In this document: in pieces, positions 51,173 through 61,059 of the stretch
Position numbering within the stretch: the first letter of the stretch is position 1
Layout: every line of letters begins with the position of its first letter
Notes under the pieces: generated by a model
Databases searched by the model: none
What the model saw: only the letters and a program-made list of their open reading frames with translations
Told to the model about the DNA's origin: nothing
Position numbers and translations under genes: made by a program
Origin: Candidatus Bathyarchaeota archaeon
GTDB taxonomy: Archaea > Thermoproteota > Bathyarchaeia > 40CM-2-53-6
DNA length: 64,000 bases
Reading direction: 5' to 3'
Assembly (NCBI GenBank): GCA_963726255.1
Contig: CAVSBL010000002.1
Span: forward strand, 768,001 to 832,000

Positions 51173-51963
51173 GAGTCCAATGATCCGAAAAACACACGAT
51201 CAACAACCACAGCGACTAACGCGATTGCTAAGATTGCCGCGAAACCGCTGTCAAGCGATCCGCCGCTGACGGACCCTTCGATGAAACTACCTATGCCCGC
51301 CGCATTCGTTGCTATCTCAATCGCAATTATTATTTCCCATCCGAAGTCATACGCGAGCCTTAATCCGCTAAACATATGTGGGCAAATGGCTGGTAGAATC
51401 ATTTTTGTGAACGTCGAGAGCCGGCCCGATTTGAAGATGGAGGTAACCTCGAATAACTCTTTGGGAATATTTCTCGTTCCGTCTCGAACTGTGAAGTATA
51501 TGGGGAAGAAGCCTGCCACCGAAGCCATTATGATCGCTGCCACACCTCCTGCGCCGAACCAGAGCACTAAGAGCGGGAGGAACGATAGGTCAGGAAGTGC
51601 TCCGAAGATCATTATGAGCGGCGTGAACGTAAAGTCGAATTTGTTCTTGCTTCCCGCTACGAAGGCAATCGGCAGCGCGGTTGAGAAGGCGAGCAATAGG
51701 CCGCAACTCAAAGTGAGAAAACTATGCCCAATACGGAGCAGGAAGGCTGGATTTTGAACAGACAAGAAGAAGACATCCAACACGCTTGAGAACGTTGGCA
51801 TATTCGAATGTGGAATAAGGCCGAACCGTGTGACTATTTCCCAACCTGCAAATCCTGCAGCGAGCGGGATTAGCCACAGATAATTCGTCAGCATGTTTTC
51901 AGAGAGCACTCTACCGGTCAACGATAACGTGAGGGCTTTCTGTTTTTCCACGGACACTTCCAC
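51151..51963 (-). CDS. NitT/TauT-family ABC transporter permease
   Basis: WEIV, PLLVLWFG, FFPI, EAA-like loop, GLRLA, GIG; about 6 TM segments. Confidence 0.9.
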   Translation of the reverse strand: MEVSVEKQKALTLSLTGRVLSENMLTNYLWLIPLAAGFAGWEIVTRFGLIPHSNMPTFSSVLDVFFLSVQNPAFLLRIGHSFLTLSCGLLLAFSTALPIAFVAGSKNKFDFTFTPLIMIFGALPDLSFLPLLVLWFGAGGVAAIIMASVAGFFPIYFTVRDGTRNIPKELFEVTSIFKSGRLSTFTKMILPAICPHMFSGLRLAYDFGWEIIIAIEIATNAAGIGSFIEGSVSGGSLDSGFAAILAIALVAVVVDRVFFGSLDSWAKRWA

Positions 51964-52332
51964 GTAACCTCAAGAGACGATAAACAAGTAGATGTCATGC
52001 TGACTGTCAAATTAAGGTTCGAACCTTTGGTCGCTGTGTTTTGCGTTGAAGATGCGTCGCTGCTCGACAATCACCCACCGCAATACAACCGTGAACCGTT
52101 AAGTGAATCCCTGAAATTTCCGAAGCGATTTACAGTCGGGTGTTAACAAAACTCGCACTGAGAAATACTCGGAGGGACATCAGAAACCTTCCGCCCGACT
52201 ACACTAGTTTATGGGGGATGCGTCGATGAATTTAATAGCGGTTGATGATAACTCCTCCATGTGGTATGTGGAAACACAAATCACAATTCACGAAACAACA
52301 AGAAATGCGACATAGTTCAGGATGATTACTGT

Positions 52333-53112
52333 TTGGGCGAGTTCGCAACTTTTAGCGATTTCGAGAAGGAGATTCGGCGAATAACCTCTGAAGCCGACAA
52401 ACGAAAAATCCCTTTGAGAATCTTAGGCGGTGCGGCAATTCGAATGCACTGTCCGACCCATGAGGGCTTGTATGAAAAGCTCAAACGAGCCCCAAAGCAT
52501 GACATGGATTTCGTTACATACAGCAAGTTTCGCCCGCTAACAAAGAGCCTGTTTGTTGACTTGGGATATGAGCCCTACATTTCTCTCATGCTTACTGGGG
52601 CCACGGGAAGACACAGGCAGATTTTCAACGATAAAGAAGGAAACAAGGCAATCGATGTCTTCCTCGACAAACTCGAAATGTGCCATGTTATAGACTACAA
52701 GGACAGGTTGGAAATGGACTCGCCGACTGTTCCCCTAGCCGAACTTCTACTTCAAAAGCTTCAGATCGTGCAGACCAACGAAAAGGACATCCAAGACACG
52801 ATAATACTGCTTACAGAACACGACCTTGGCAAGGGCGATAAAGAAGTGATAAACGCCGATTATGTCGCCAAAGTCCTCGCGAACGAATGGGGCTTCAATT
52901 ATACAGTCAATGCAAACCTCGGTAAAGTCAAGGAGTTCTTGGGCAAATATGAAGCCTTGAGCAAATCGGAGAAGGCCGTCGTGAGTGAGCGTATCGAGAA
53001 GCTCGAGGATAGGATAGAGAAGGAGCCTAAGACACTTCAGTGGAGACTACGTGCTAAAGTTGGTCCGTCCGTCAAATGGTACAACGTAGTTGAGGAAGTC
53101 CAACGCGACTAG
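52333..53112 (+). CDS. Uncharacterised Pol-beta-superfamily nucleotidyltransferase
   Basis: LRILGGAAIRMH, HDMDFV (DxD), IDVF, LLLQKLQIV..NEKD..D; probable TTG start at 52333 (ORF open from 52261). Confidence 0.75.
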   Translation: MGEFATFSDFEKEIRRITSEADKRKIPLRILGGAAIRMHCPTHEGLYEKLKRAPKHDMDFVTYSKFRPLTKSLFVDLGYEPYISLMLTGATGRHRQIFNDKEGNKAIDVFLDKLEMCHVIDYKDRLEMDSPTVPLAELLLQKLQIVQTNEKDIQDTIILLTEHDLGKGDKEVINADYVAKVLANEWGFNYTVNANLGKVKEFLGKYEALSKSEKAVVSERIEKLEDRIEKEPKTLQWRLRAKVGPSVKWYNVVEEVQRD

Positions 53113-53179
53113 TGCCAGTCACGGTACACACGGTCAAAGTTGAAATACTCAGCCAAAGCCCTTAGGTTCTTGGTTCTCT

Positions 53180-54139
53180 TTGGCGAAAGTGAGGATCATA
53201 TTTGCCTCCGACTTCCACGGCAACGAGACGGTTTGGCGAAAGTTCCTAAACTCGGCCAAGCTTTTCAACGCGAATTGGTTGATAATGGGAGGAGACCTGA
53301 CCGGCAAGGTCCTTACGCCCATTGTGCTCCAACCGGACGGAACGTATAAGGCAGATTTCCTAGACCAAACCCACACTGTACAAGCAGGCGAGGTTGAAAA
53401 TTTCAAGAAGCTCGTTCGAGAACACTGCTACATACCATACGTCTGCGACCAGAAGCAGTTCGAAGAATTAGAGTCGGCATCCCAGGACAAAATAGAAGAT
53501 ATATTCGCTAAACTCGAATGCGAGACGCTAAAGGACTGGCTGGACCTCATCCCGAAGAAACTCACTGGCGACTTGAAAGATGTGAAAGTTCTGATCCATC
53601 CAGGCAACGATGACAAGTTCGAACTGGACGAAGTGATAAAAAACAGCCCATACTGCACCTACGCCGAGGAATCCGTTGTTGCCTTGGATAACGAGCATGA
53701 AGCTGCATGTCTCGGATGGTCGAACCCGACCCCATGGAACAGCCCGCGTGAATGTTCCGAAGACGAACTAATGGCTAAACTCGAAAAGACAGTCTCGCAA
53801 GTGAAGAACGTCCCGAACGCACTTTTCTGTTTACACTGTCCACCATTCGAATCTCAAATTGACAACGCGCCAAAGCTCGACAAGGACTTGCGGCCAGTCA
53901 TGGAAGGGGGGCGACCAGTGTATATTCCCGTCGGCTCGAAATCTGTTCGTGGCATTATTGAAAAGTACCAGCCATTATTGGGTCTGCACGGCCACATCCA
54001 TGAGTGTAGGGGATGGATGAAGATTGGACGGACGCAGTGCATGAACCCTGGCTCAGAATACACCGAAGGGATTCTGAGCGCCTACCTAATCGAAATTGAC
54101 GGCGACAAAATCAAGCGGTTGCAGAGGGTCGAAGGCTAG
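53180..54139 (+). CDS. Calcineurin-like (Icc-related) metallophosphoesterase
   Basis: SDFHG, GGDLTGK, PGNDD, HCPP, LHGHIHE, NPGSEY. Confidence 0.9.
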   Translation: MAKVRIIFASDFHGNETVWRKFLNSAKLFNANWLIMGGDLTGKVLTPIVLQPDGTYKADFLDQTHTVQAGEVENFKKLVREHCYIPYVCDQKQFEELESASQDKIEDIFAKLECETLKDWLDLIPKKLTGDLKDVKVLIHPGNDDKFELDEVIKNSPYCTYAEESVVALDNEHEAACLGWSNPTPWNSPRECSEDELMAKLEKTVSQVKNVPNALFCLHCPPFESQIDNAPKLDKDLRPVMEGGRPVYIPVGSKSVRGIIEKYQPLLGLHGHIHECRGWMKIGRTQCMNPGSEYTEGILSAYLIEIDGDKIKRLQRVEG

Positions 54140-55113
54140 CTAATTCGAATGGATTCGCGCCGAGCTCGGCGTTTGTTCAAGTCTCTGATTAGCTGGTTCA
54201 ACCTCATCTGCTTCGCAAGGCTTACGCCAAGCTGATTCTTGCTAGTTATGATGCGGCCTGTGCGGGTGTCTATGCAACCTATCCCGATGTCCTTGTTAGT
54301 GAATTCTTCGATAAAACGCGTGATCGATGAGGGTGGCTCTTCATCGCTGAACAGCAGTAACCAAGACCACTTGATGTTTTTCTCGTCACGTAGCGACTCG
54401 ATCAGGCGAATTGAGCGTGTGACGCGTGTTTTGGCGCCTTCCGAATCCCCAACCTCATCAGCGTACAGTGCGACTTCGTAATTCGGCATGAGCGTGACAG
54501 CGAGGAACCGAGAGAGGAGAAAACCTTTGGGACGTGTGCTCCCCCTTGCCATCAGGGGGAAGATGTCGCCAGCGACCTGATAGAATCTGAAGCTTTCGTT
54601 GAGGTCGGCAATCCAATAAGCGCGGCCCCGTTGGATTTCCGTTTCGAGTCCAGCAAACACATCTGGTGCAGAAGTGCGAGCGTCTTTAGTCTTGATCCGT
54701 TCTAGGATGTAGTCTCGTAGGGCGAATGGGTCGACGCCACAAGCCTTTGAGTCTATATCGAAATGTTCTCCGTCTCTTTCTATGTAGACGCGTACTTTGT
54801 TTTTTCCATAGTTGTCTCGAATGATGGAGCTTTCCTTGAACTCGGACCACGTGTGTTTCTGCTCCTCTTTTCGTCCCTTAGTCATTGAATATCCATTGTC
54901 ATCGTACTCAAGCGTCTGGTGTACGCGGAAGAAGTAGAAGTAGCCCGCCAAGACACCCCCTAGGACGGCGGGAACGGCGAGGCTTACAGCCGGTCCCATC
55001 CCGCTCAATTGTAGCATGTTGAGTGCTACGGACCAGAACAATGCGAGCGCGAAGGTTAGGACTGCCCAATAAACAGCGATCCTGGAAACTTGGATTCGTG
55101 AGCTACGCGTCAA
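54136..55113 (-). CDS. Hypothetical protein: two TM helices, a PH-like domain and an alpha/beta C-terminal domain
   Basis: 325 aa ORF; hydrophobic N-terminus followed by a beta-rich segment (HTWSEF); fold assignment is tentative. Confidence 0.6.
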   Translation of the reverse strand: MTRSSRIQVSRIAVYWAVLTFALALFWSVALNMLQLSGMGPAVSLAVPAVLGGVLAGYFYFFRVHQTLEYDDNGYSMTKGRKEEQKHTWSEFKESSIIRDNYGKNKVRVYIERDGEHFDIDSKACGVDPFALRDYILERIKTKDARTSAPDVFAGLETEIQRGRAYWIADLNESFRFYQVAGDIFPLMARGSTRPKGFLLSRFLAVTLMPNYEVALYADEVGDSEGAKTRVTRSIRLIESLRDEKNIKWSWLLLFSDEEPPSSITRFIEEFTNKDIGIGCIDTRTGRIITSKNQLGVSLAKQMRLNQLIRDLNKRRARRESIRIS

Positions 55114-55189
55114 AGATTCCGCACCTGGCCGCTACTGGTCCGCGCCTACAAATATACCTTTGAGAGATGAAAACTAGGTGAATCGAACG

Positions 55190-55777
55190 CTACACTTTTC
55201 CCATCACTTTTCTTACGTATGAACCGACTTCTTGAGTTGTGAGATGTTCTTTGAACGTGTGCCCGCGTTCCTTGCTCAAGCCAGGGCACAAGGGGTCAAC
55301 CTTCAATCTATTTCCAGAGGGTATCAACGGGTAGAGCCTACACGCGGTAGGCCTTATCGAGTAGATTGAGCAACGCGGCACATTGTCAACATAGGTAAGG
55401 AAGAAACATGCACCGGAAGGCTTCCTTTTCAGCCAATAGTTGTTTCCATGTGTCTCAATGATAGTCTCCTGAATTCCCTTCTCTTTAGAGTACTTCAGAA
55501 GCCTTTCCACATCGTCCTTTCCAAGATTAACCTTCAAATGGCAAGACGCGCCGCACGCAATACATTCGTGCTTTATCTGTCCAGACGTGAATTCTTCGAA
55601 GCTCCTGAACGCGAGGTAGCGTTCGTAGTAGAGGTATATGGCACTACGAGTCAAGAGGACCGAGGCGACAAGAACTCCCACTGTGGCCGTCAGGCCGAAA
55701 CCAACAAGATACGTCCCCGCAGCCAACGCTGCAGCGGTCGCGTACCCGCCTCTCAGTAGAATGGCGTCACGCCTCAA
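55190..55777 (-). CDS. YkgJ-family cysteine-cluster protein with an N-terminal membrane anchor
   Basis: CIACGASCH, CFFL, CSIYSIRPTACRLYP, CPG. Confidence 0.85.
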   Translation of the reverse strand: MRRDAILLRGGYATAAALAAGTYLVGFGLTATVGVLVASVLLTRSAIYLYYERYLAFRSFEEFTSGQIKHECIACGASCHLKVNLGKDDVERLLKYSKEKGIQETIIETHGNNYWLKRKPSGACFFLTYVDNVPRCSIYSIRPTACRLYPLIPSGNRLKVDPLCPGLSKERGHTFKEHLTTQEVGSYVRKVMGKV

Positions 55778-55937
55778 TCGCGCGGTCGCCCTCCCGACCT
55801 GTTGGCCGCAAAATTCGCTTTATGCTGTACACTCTCTCTTCTCTGAATTCATTCGTTGCGCAAGTCTCATTTATCTTCCACCTTTGTTCCCATGAATCAA
55901 GTTGGTAACCCTCAATGTTCAATGTCGTGACGTAATT

Positions 55938-56123
55938 ATGGCCTCATGGCGTCCTTTCAAGATGCTCGTTTGCTTCCTCCTTGGACACAACGACTCACCA
56001 GTCAAAATGACTTTGGGCAAACTCACACCGCAAGAAATTGAAGCGCAGAAATGTACCCGGTGCAGCAGGATCCTTGTTCCGATATCGAAGGCCGGCGCCG
56101 GGGTTGGAGAAGATACAGCGTAG
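55938..56123 (+). CDS. Cys/His micro-protein (C-x-L-x-G-H ... CxxC, DUF1660-like)
   Basis: MASWRPFKMLVCFLLGHND...QKCTRCSRILV; same motif as 47095-47235. Confidence 0.6.
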   Translation: MASWRPFKMLVCFLLGHNDSPVKMTLGKLTPQEIEAQKCTRCSRILVPISKAGAGVGEDTA

Positions 56124-56140
56124 CAACTAGACGAAGACTG

Positions 56141-56160
56141 AAAAAAAGGAAAAAAGAAAA
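56141..56160 (-). terminator. Oligo-T terminator of the APC permease gene
   Basis: The minus strand reads TTTTCTTTTTTCCTTTTTTT 16 nt after the stop. Confidence 0.7.
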
Positions 56161-56176
56161 GGAGAGTGGGGCTTGT

Positions 56177-57904
56177 TTATTCTGGTGGAATTTCGGCGAA
56201 GATTGTTGAGTAGTCGACGTCCTTCTTTCCGTACTTGTAGTAGGCGTACATGCCAGCGCCGATTAGGCCGAGCAGTACTGTGAAGCCGATTGCGAACCAG
56301 TTGTCAGATGTTGGTGCTAGTATGTTGTAGCTGTCTTGTGGTGCCGTGAGTATCATCCAGTCCAGTGCTAGGTTGGCTCCGACACCCAAGATGCCTATAA
56401 CTACCATGCCTGCTTTACCGCCGATCTTGAACGGTGCGGTATCATAGATCTCTTTCTTGCGGTAGGGAAGCATGATTAGCGCTAGCGCGAATAGTGTGAA
56501 GAAGACTGCGTCCATGAGGTCAGTGCTGCTAACGCCAATACTGAAGATGCCGTTCAACGCACCGCCTAATGCTCCGCCGGGATTCCATGAGCCACCGTTT
56601 GAGATCACGCCGGACTCTGAAAAGCAGCCCAATAAGCCGAACACACCTGTTGCAATGGTTGCGTTGACGGGGGAGTGGAATCGTTCGTTGACGTTCGCAA
56701 ATGATCCTGGTAGAACTCTATCGAATGCCATTGCGAACAGAATTCTTGAGGCGGTAAGGATGAATGGCGGAATGTCGTTCGCTACCCATAGTATGCCGAA
56801 GATGAACAGCAGCCAGTTGAGCGAGCTAAGATTCATACCGATGCCGGTCATAGCGGCAACGGTCGTGGTCCATGCTTTGATAGCCGGGACACCGGCCTTT
56901 GCTAGGTCTCCTCCACCATAAGATAGGTATGAGTAAGCTTCAAAGAAGGTCCAAGTATTACCGTTTGGCAATGTTGTCCGACCAAGAGCCGCGGTCGCGT
57001 ACGCACCAAGCCCTGAGACGACCATGTAAGCAACCATGATAATCACTGATGAGATAAGCAGAATCTTTGGTAGGCTCTTGTTCGCTTCCTTCACTTCGCC
57101 TGCTACGAATGTTGATGCTGCGTATCCGATGTAAGCGAAGTAGGCTCCGATCATGGCAACAGAGACAGCTGACCAGTAGTTACCAACATTTGCTGCATCC
57201 ATCCCTTGCGCGAGTGCACCTTTGACGTAAGTGTCGGCTGTGACTCCCGCGATTCCGTTCGCCTGTCCCAACGCTGCAATTCCTGCTTGCAAGGCACTTG
57301 GGTTAGTTAGCGAACTCGCGAGGAGGAAGAGCACATAGACGGTTAGCATCGCCGGAATCCAGAACATCACTTGTAGAAGGTATCCTGCCATCCTCACTCC
57401 CAAGGATCCGATCGCCGTGAAGAGGATGACTAGCAGGACGCCTCCGCCGAATAGGTACACGTCGTTGACTCCAGCCGCCGTTATGCCGACTATTGGCCCG
57501 AAGATGAAGTAGATACCTTCGAACACAGCTACCGCGATGATTCCGAAGGACCATGCGATGCTGAGAAATTCGAACCATGAACCAACGAACGCCCAGATTG
57601 GGCTGACAAGCCTTGATATGACAACGTACCCTCCGCCTGACCGAGGCATAGCCGCAATCAGGATCGAGAAGGATAGAACTGATAGTATGATGATGATTCC
57701 ACCGATCAAGAACGCCATGACCATTGGTGGGATGCCCGCGACCCAGAGGTTCTCTGGTAGTGGGGCTGCACCAGTGAACTGGAAGACACGCTTCTGCCAG
57801 CCGAGGCCCATGACGTTGGCCAAAATGATGATCATTGCGGTTAGTGGACCGATTTCTCTGACAAGCCCTGTTGCTTTCCTTACGAATAGTTTCTTTTGCG
57901 ACAA
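56177..57904 (-). CDS. APC-superfamily amino acid/polyamine permease
   Basis: FVRKATGLVRE, MPRSGGGYV..SR, AGEVK, SRILFAMAFDR.LP, SP, EIPPE; about 12 TM segments. Confidence 0.92.
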   Translation of the reverse strand: MSQKKLFVRKATGLVREIGPLTAMIIILANVMGLGWQKRVFQFTGAAPLPENLWVAGIPPMVMAFLIGGIIIILSVLSFSILIAAMPRSGGGYVVISRLVSPIWAFVGSWFEFLSIAWSFGIIAVAVFEGIYFIFGPIVGITAAGVNDVYLFGGGVLLVILFTAIGSLGVRMAGYLLQVMFWIPAMLTVYVLFLLASSLTNPSALQAGIAALGQANGIAGVTADTYVKGALAQGMDAANVGNYWSAVSVAMIGAYFAYIGYAASTFVAGEVKEANKSLPKILLISSVIIMVAYMVVSGLGAYATAALGRTTLPNGNTWTFFEAYSYLSYGGGDLAKAGVPAIKAWTTTVAAMTGIGMNLSSLNWLLFIFGILWVANDIPPFILTASRILFAMAFDRVLPGSFANVNERFHSPVNATIATGVFGLLGCFSESGVISNGGSWNPGGALGGALNGIFSIGVSSTDLMDAVFFTLFALALIMLPYRKKEIYDTAPFKIGGKAGMVVIGILGVGANLALDWMILTAPQDSYNILAPTSDNWFAIGFTVLLGLIGAGMYAYYKYGKKDVDYSTIFAEIPPE

Positions 57905-57936
57905 ATTTTCTCAGACTGCTGTTGCCTGGCTGATGT

Positions 57937-57946
57937 ATATTTAAAG
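57937..57946 (-). promoter_or_regulatory. TATA box of the APC permease gene
   Basis: CTTTAAATAT on the minus strand ~33 nt upstream of the TTG start. Confidence 0.55.
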
Positions 57947-58055
57947 GTATACAACCGAAAAAACGCCGTACCAGATACGGTACGAGCCGCGTATCGAACA
58001 AAAAATTGAGAAAACAGAATTCGATTCGGCGCTCGTGATTTTCAGAGTTGAAAAT

Positions 58056-58292
58056 CTACCTGCGAAACAATGTGAGCAGAAAGAACAGTACTGGAAACAT
58101 AAGAAGGACTACAATGAAAGTGTACTTTCTCTTTCGCTCCGAACGCTTGAACTGATCCTCACACATTGGCCCGCAGAATTCTCTATCGACTGGAATTGGC
58201 GTTGAGCATATCACGCAATGCCTATGCTTCGTAATCGCGACCTTCTCTGCTTGCTTCATGTACTTAGACATAATTCTCGCGCCCAGCATCAC
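58056..58292 (-). CDS. DUF2116-family Zn-ribbon membrane protein
   Basis: HRHCVICSTPIP...FCGPMC followed by a C-terminal TM helix. Confidence 0.85.
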   Translation of the reverse strand: MMLGARIMSKYMKQAEKVAITKHRHCVICSTPIPVDREFCGPMCEDQFKRSERKRKYTFIVVLLMFPVLFFLLTLFRR

Positions 58293-58328
58293 TTTAGCTC
58301 TAATAAAAGGTGTGGGATTTATGAGGTT

Positions 58329-58508
58329 TCATTCCGGAGCTTCTCTTCTTTTTCGCCAGAACTTTCCCTCTTCCTCAGCTATCCCCGCGTGCCGGCGCTC
58401 CCAAGCCATATGTTTCGGGTAATCCTCTTCGCAGAACTCCTGCCCGCAGTACTGACACTTCTCAAGTTTAGGCAGTTCCTTTCCGCACGTTGCACATTTT
58501 GGCAACAT
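58329..58508 (-). CDS. 59-aa AN1-like zinc-finger micro-protein
   Basis: MLPKCATCGKELPKLEKCQYCGQEFCEEDYPKHMAWERRH...; just below the ORF-track cutoff. Confidence 0.7.
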   Translation of the reverse strand: MLPKCATCGKELPKLEKCQYCGQEFCEEDYPKHMAWERRHAGIAEEEGKFWRKRREAPE

Positions 58509-58588
58509 TAATCCGAACCCATACTATGATACCAACATTAAAAGTAAGGAGTACGGGAATATTCCCCTATTCCGGGGCGCCCCATTGT

Positions 58589-59386
58589 TTGAGATGTGAG
58601 AGGTGCGGGGTCGAGGTCGACCTTCCATTCAGATGCAATTACTGTGAACACTACTACTGCCCCGACCATAGGTTACCCGAAAATCACGAATGCAGTGAGA
58701 CATGGCGGGTGAAGGCCGTCAGGTCTGCAAGGGCGGCATCGTCACCGATGCGACTCGCAGCTGAGGCTCGCAGCATGCTCCTTTCGCCGCGCTCGCATGG
58801 GGTCCGTTTCAGCAGAACCGAGGTGCGCCATTTGATCGTGGGCACGGCCTTGGTAACCGGAGCGGGCATTTCCTTCATCGTTGGAAACTCGTTCACGCTG
58901 CTTGGGTTGGCCGTCGCGGCCGCAATATTCTCGGGAGGTTTCATCCTCCATGAACTCGCCCACAAATACGTTGCACAGGGTTACGGCCTATGGGCCGAGT
59001 TCCGGCTGAATATGACCGGAGTAATTCTTACAGCGGTGTCAATCGTGTCCCCCATCAAATTCATAGCGCCTGGGGCGGTCGTGATCGCAGGTGTCGCCGA
59101 AAAAGACCGTGTCGGCCGAACCGCGTTTGCCGGGCCCTTGGTGAACGTGGTGATCACTGCTGGCCTTCTCATTTTTCTCCCGGTTCTTCGCGAATCGATC
59201 CTCTACCTTCCGATCCTGTTCGGGGCAGGTATCAACGCATTCCTCGCCCTGTTCAACCTGATTCCATTCTCGGTTTTCGATGGGCGCAAAGTCTACTACT
59301 GGAACCCGCGCTATTGGATAATTTTGTTCCTAGCGTCGCTTGCTTTGACAATCTACACTAACTTCGTTCTCCGGCCCTTCTCATAG
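58589..59386 (+). CDS. AN1 zinc finger + M50 (site-2 protease) intramembrane metalloprotease
   Basis: CERC..LPFRCNYC..YCPDHRLPENHEC; LHELAH, AGPLVN, FNLIPFSVFDG; probable TTG start at 58589. Confidence 0.88.
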   Translation: MRCERCGVEVDLPFRCNYCEHYYCPDHRLPENHECSETWRVKAVRSARAASSPMRLAAEARSMLLSPRSHGVRFSRTEVRHLIVGTALVTGAGISFIVGNSFTLLGLAVAAAIFSGGFILHELAHKYVAQGYGLWAEFRLNMTGVILTAVSIVSPIKFIAPGAVVIAGVAEKDRVGRTAFAGPLVNVVITAGLLIFLPVLRESILYLPILFGAGINAFLALFNLIPFSVFDGRKVYYWNPRYWIILFLASLALTIYTNFVLRPFS

Positions 59387-59402
59387 GGCAGAGTATTTCT
59401 CC

Positions 59403-59603
59403 TCAGTCCTTTACTACTTTCACGAGTAGGAAGGCTCCGACCAGAAAGAGTGCTAGCGCGACTACGGCCACTATTGGGACGTCAAGGTGCGTACGGTGGA
59501 GGGCGAATAGGCCGAAGTAGCTGGGAGACATTATCAGGGCAGCACCCACAATAACCAGTACAGCATGTCGTATACCCTTCTTCGCCCGTTCTTTCTCGGC
59601 CAG
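59403..59603 (-). CDS. 66-aa two-TM membrane protein, probable CTG start
   Basis: (M)AEKERAKKGIRHAVLVIVGAALIMSPSYFG...VAVVALALFLVGAFLLVKVVKD*; GGTGA 6 nt before CTG, with an in-frame TGA immediately upstream. Confidence 0.6.
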   Translation of the reverse strand: MAEKERAKKGIRHAVLVIVGAALIMSPSYFGLFALHRTHLDVPIVAVVALALFLVGAFLLVKVVKD

Positions 59604-59792
59604 CGCACTTCACCCTATGCTTGTGCGTTCTTCGTGCCTCGCCAAATAAAATCTTCCTACCTGCGAGGGACGAGGAATACTTCGAAATCATGATGGCGAG
59701 AAGACCGTTCATTACTCGCGTTGATAGTTTCCCGCAGCATTTACATAATAGGCTCCGCCATCGGGCAGCCCGATTTCAAAGGCGAAGAAACG

Positions 59793-61043
59793 ATGACAGA
59801 AGAACTGAATCCCTTCAAAATAGCTCAAAGAGAGCTAGAAATGGCCACGAAGAGACTTGGTTTGGACAAAGGCATGAGTGAGTTTCTGAAGTGGCCTATG
59901 AGAGAATTCGTGTACACTATTCCTCTGAAAATGGATAATGGCTCTGTGCAAGTTCTGCGCGCCTACCGAGTTCAATACAACAACGCCCGGGGGCCATGCA
60001 AGGGCGGCCTGAGGTGGCACCCAGCAGAAACGATCGATACTGTAAGGGCCTTAGCTGCTTGGATGACCTGGAAGACCGCCATGATGGACATTCCACTTGG
60101 CGGCGGAAAAGGAGGCGTAACTGTTGACCCGAAGAAGCTCTCTGCATCCGAAAAGGAACGTTTGGCGAGAGCATACATTCGCTGTGTAGCATCGGAGCTC
60201 GGAGCCTTCAAGGATGTCCCAGCACCGGATGTTTACACCGACCCGCAGATCATGGCTTGGATGATGGATGAGTATGAAACGATCATGAGAATGAACAGCC
60301 CATCAGTCATTACAGGAAAGCCCATCCCACTTGGTGGGTCGCAGGGCAGAGGTGACGCGACGGCTAGGGGCGGGGTCTACTGCATGCGTGAAGCGGCAAA
60401 GGCGATAGGAATGAACACTCGTGGAGCTACCATGGCAATTCAGGGATTTGGCAACGCCGGCCAATTCGCTGCCACGCTTGGGGCAGAAATCCTCGGCCTA
60501 AAGCTTGTGGCTGCAAGCGATTCACAGGGTGGCGTTTACAGTGAGAAAGGCATCGACCCGGTAGCCCTAGTCGCCCACAAGGCGAAGACCGGAAAAGTAG
60601 CCGGGTTCCCTGGAACCAAACCGATCTCAAACGACGAACTGCTGGAACTCCAAGTCGACGTGCTCATCCCAGCGGCTCTAGAGAATGTCATAACCGCGAA
60701 GAATTGCAGCAAGATCAAAGCAAAAATACAATGCGAACTTGCCAACGGCCCCACCACACCCGACTCAGACGAAGTTCTCTACAAGAACGGCGTCCTAGTG
60801 CTTCCAGATTTCCTGGCCAACGCTGGCGGGGTCACCGTGTCCTACTTCGAACAAGTTCAGGGCACGTACAATTACTTCTGGCCTATCGAGGATGTGCACA
60901 AGCAACTTGATGCCCACATGACCAAAGCCTTCAACGACGTCTACGAAATGTCAAAGAAGGAAAAAGTGCACATGAGAGCCGCCGCATACCTGGTCGCCGT
61001 CAAACGAGTCGCAGACGCTGTGAAATTGCGTGGTTGGGTATAA
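59793..61043 (+). CDS. gdhA: Glutamate dehydrogenase
   Basis: [51 protein letters not shown]; ATG at 59793. Confidence 0.95.
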   Translation: MTEELNPFKIAQRELEMATKRLGLDKGMSEFLKWPMREFVYTIPLKMDNGSVQVLRAYRVQYNNARGPCKGGLRWHPAETIDTVRALAAWMTWKTAMMDIPLGGGKGGVTVDPKKLSASEKERLARAYIRCVASELGAFKDVPAPDVYTDPQIMAWMMDEYETIMRMNSPSVITGKPIPLGGSQGRGDATARGGVYCMREAAKAIGMNTRGATMAIQGFGNAGQFAATLGAEILGLKLVAASDSQGGVYSEKGIDPVALVAHKAKTGKVAGFPGTKPISNDELLELQVDVLIPAALENVITAKNCSKIKAKIQCELANGPTTPDSDEVLYKNGVLVLPDFLANAGGVTVSYFEQVQGTYNYFWPIEDVHKQLDAHMTKAFNDVYEMSKKEKVHMRAAAYLVAVKRVADAVKLRGWV

Positions 61044-61059
61044 GCCCACACGCGGCTCC

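Noticed and set aside
57967-57984. CGTACC-6nt-GGTACG inverted repeat upstream of the APC permease TATA box
   Set aside because: Could be an operator, but 6-bp arms with no second copy seen are too weak to call
57303-58001. Long alternative-frame or antisense ORFs (for example 57303-58001, 22185-23009, 5233-5808, 63256-63849)
   Set aside because: They overlap well-supported genes and have no recognisable motifs; they are shadow ORFs
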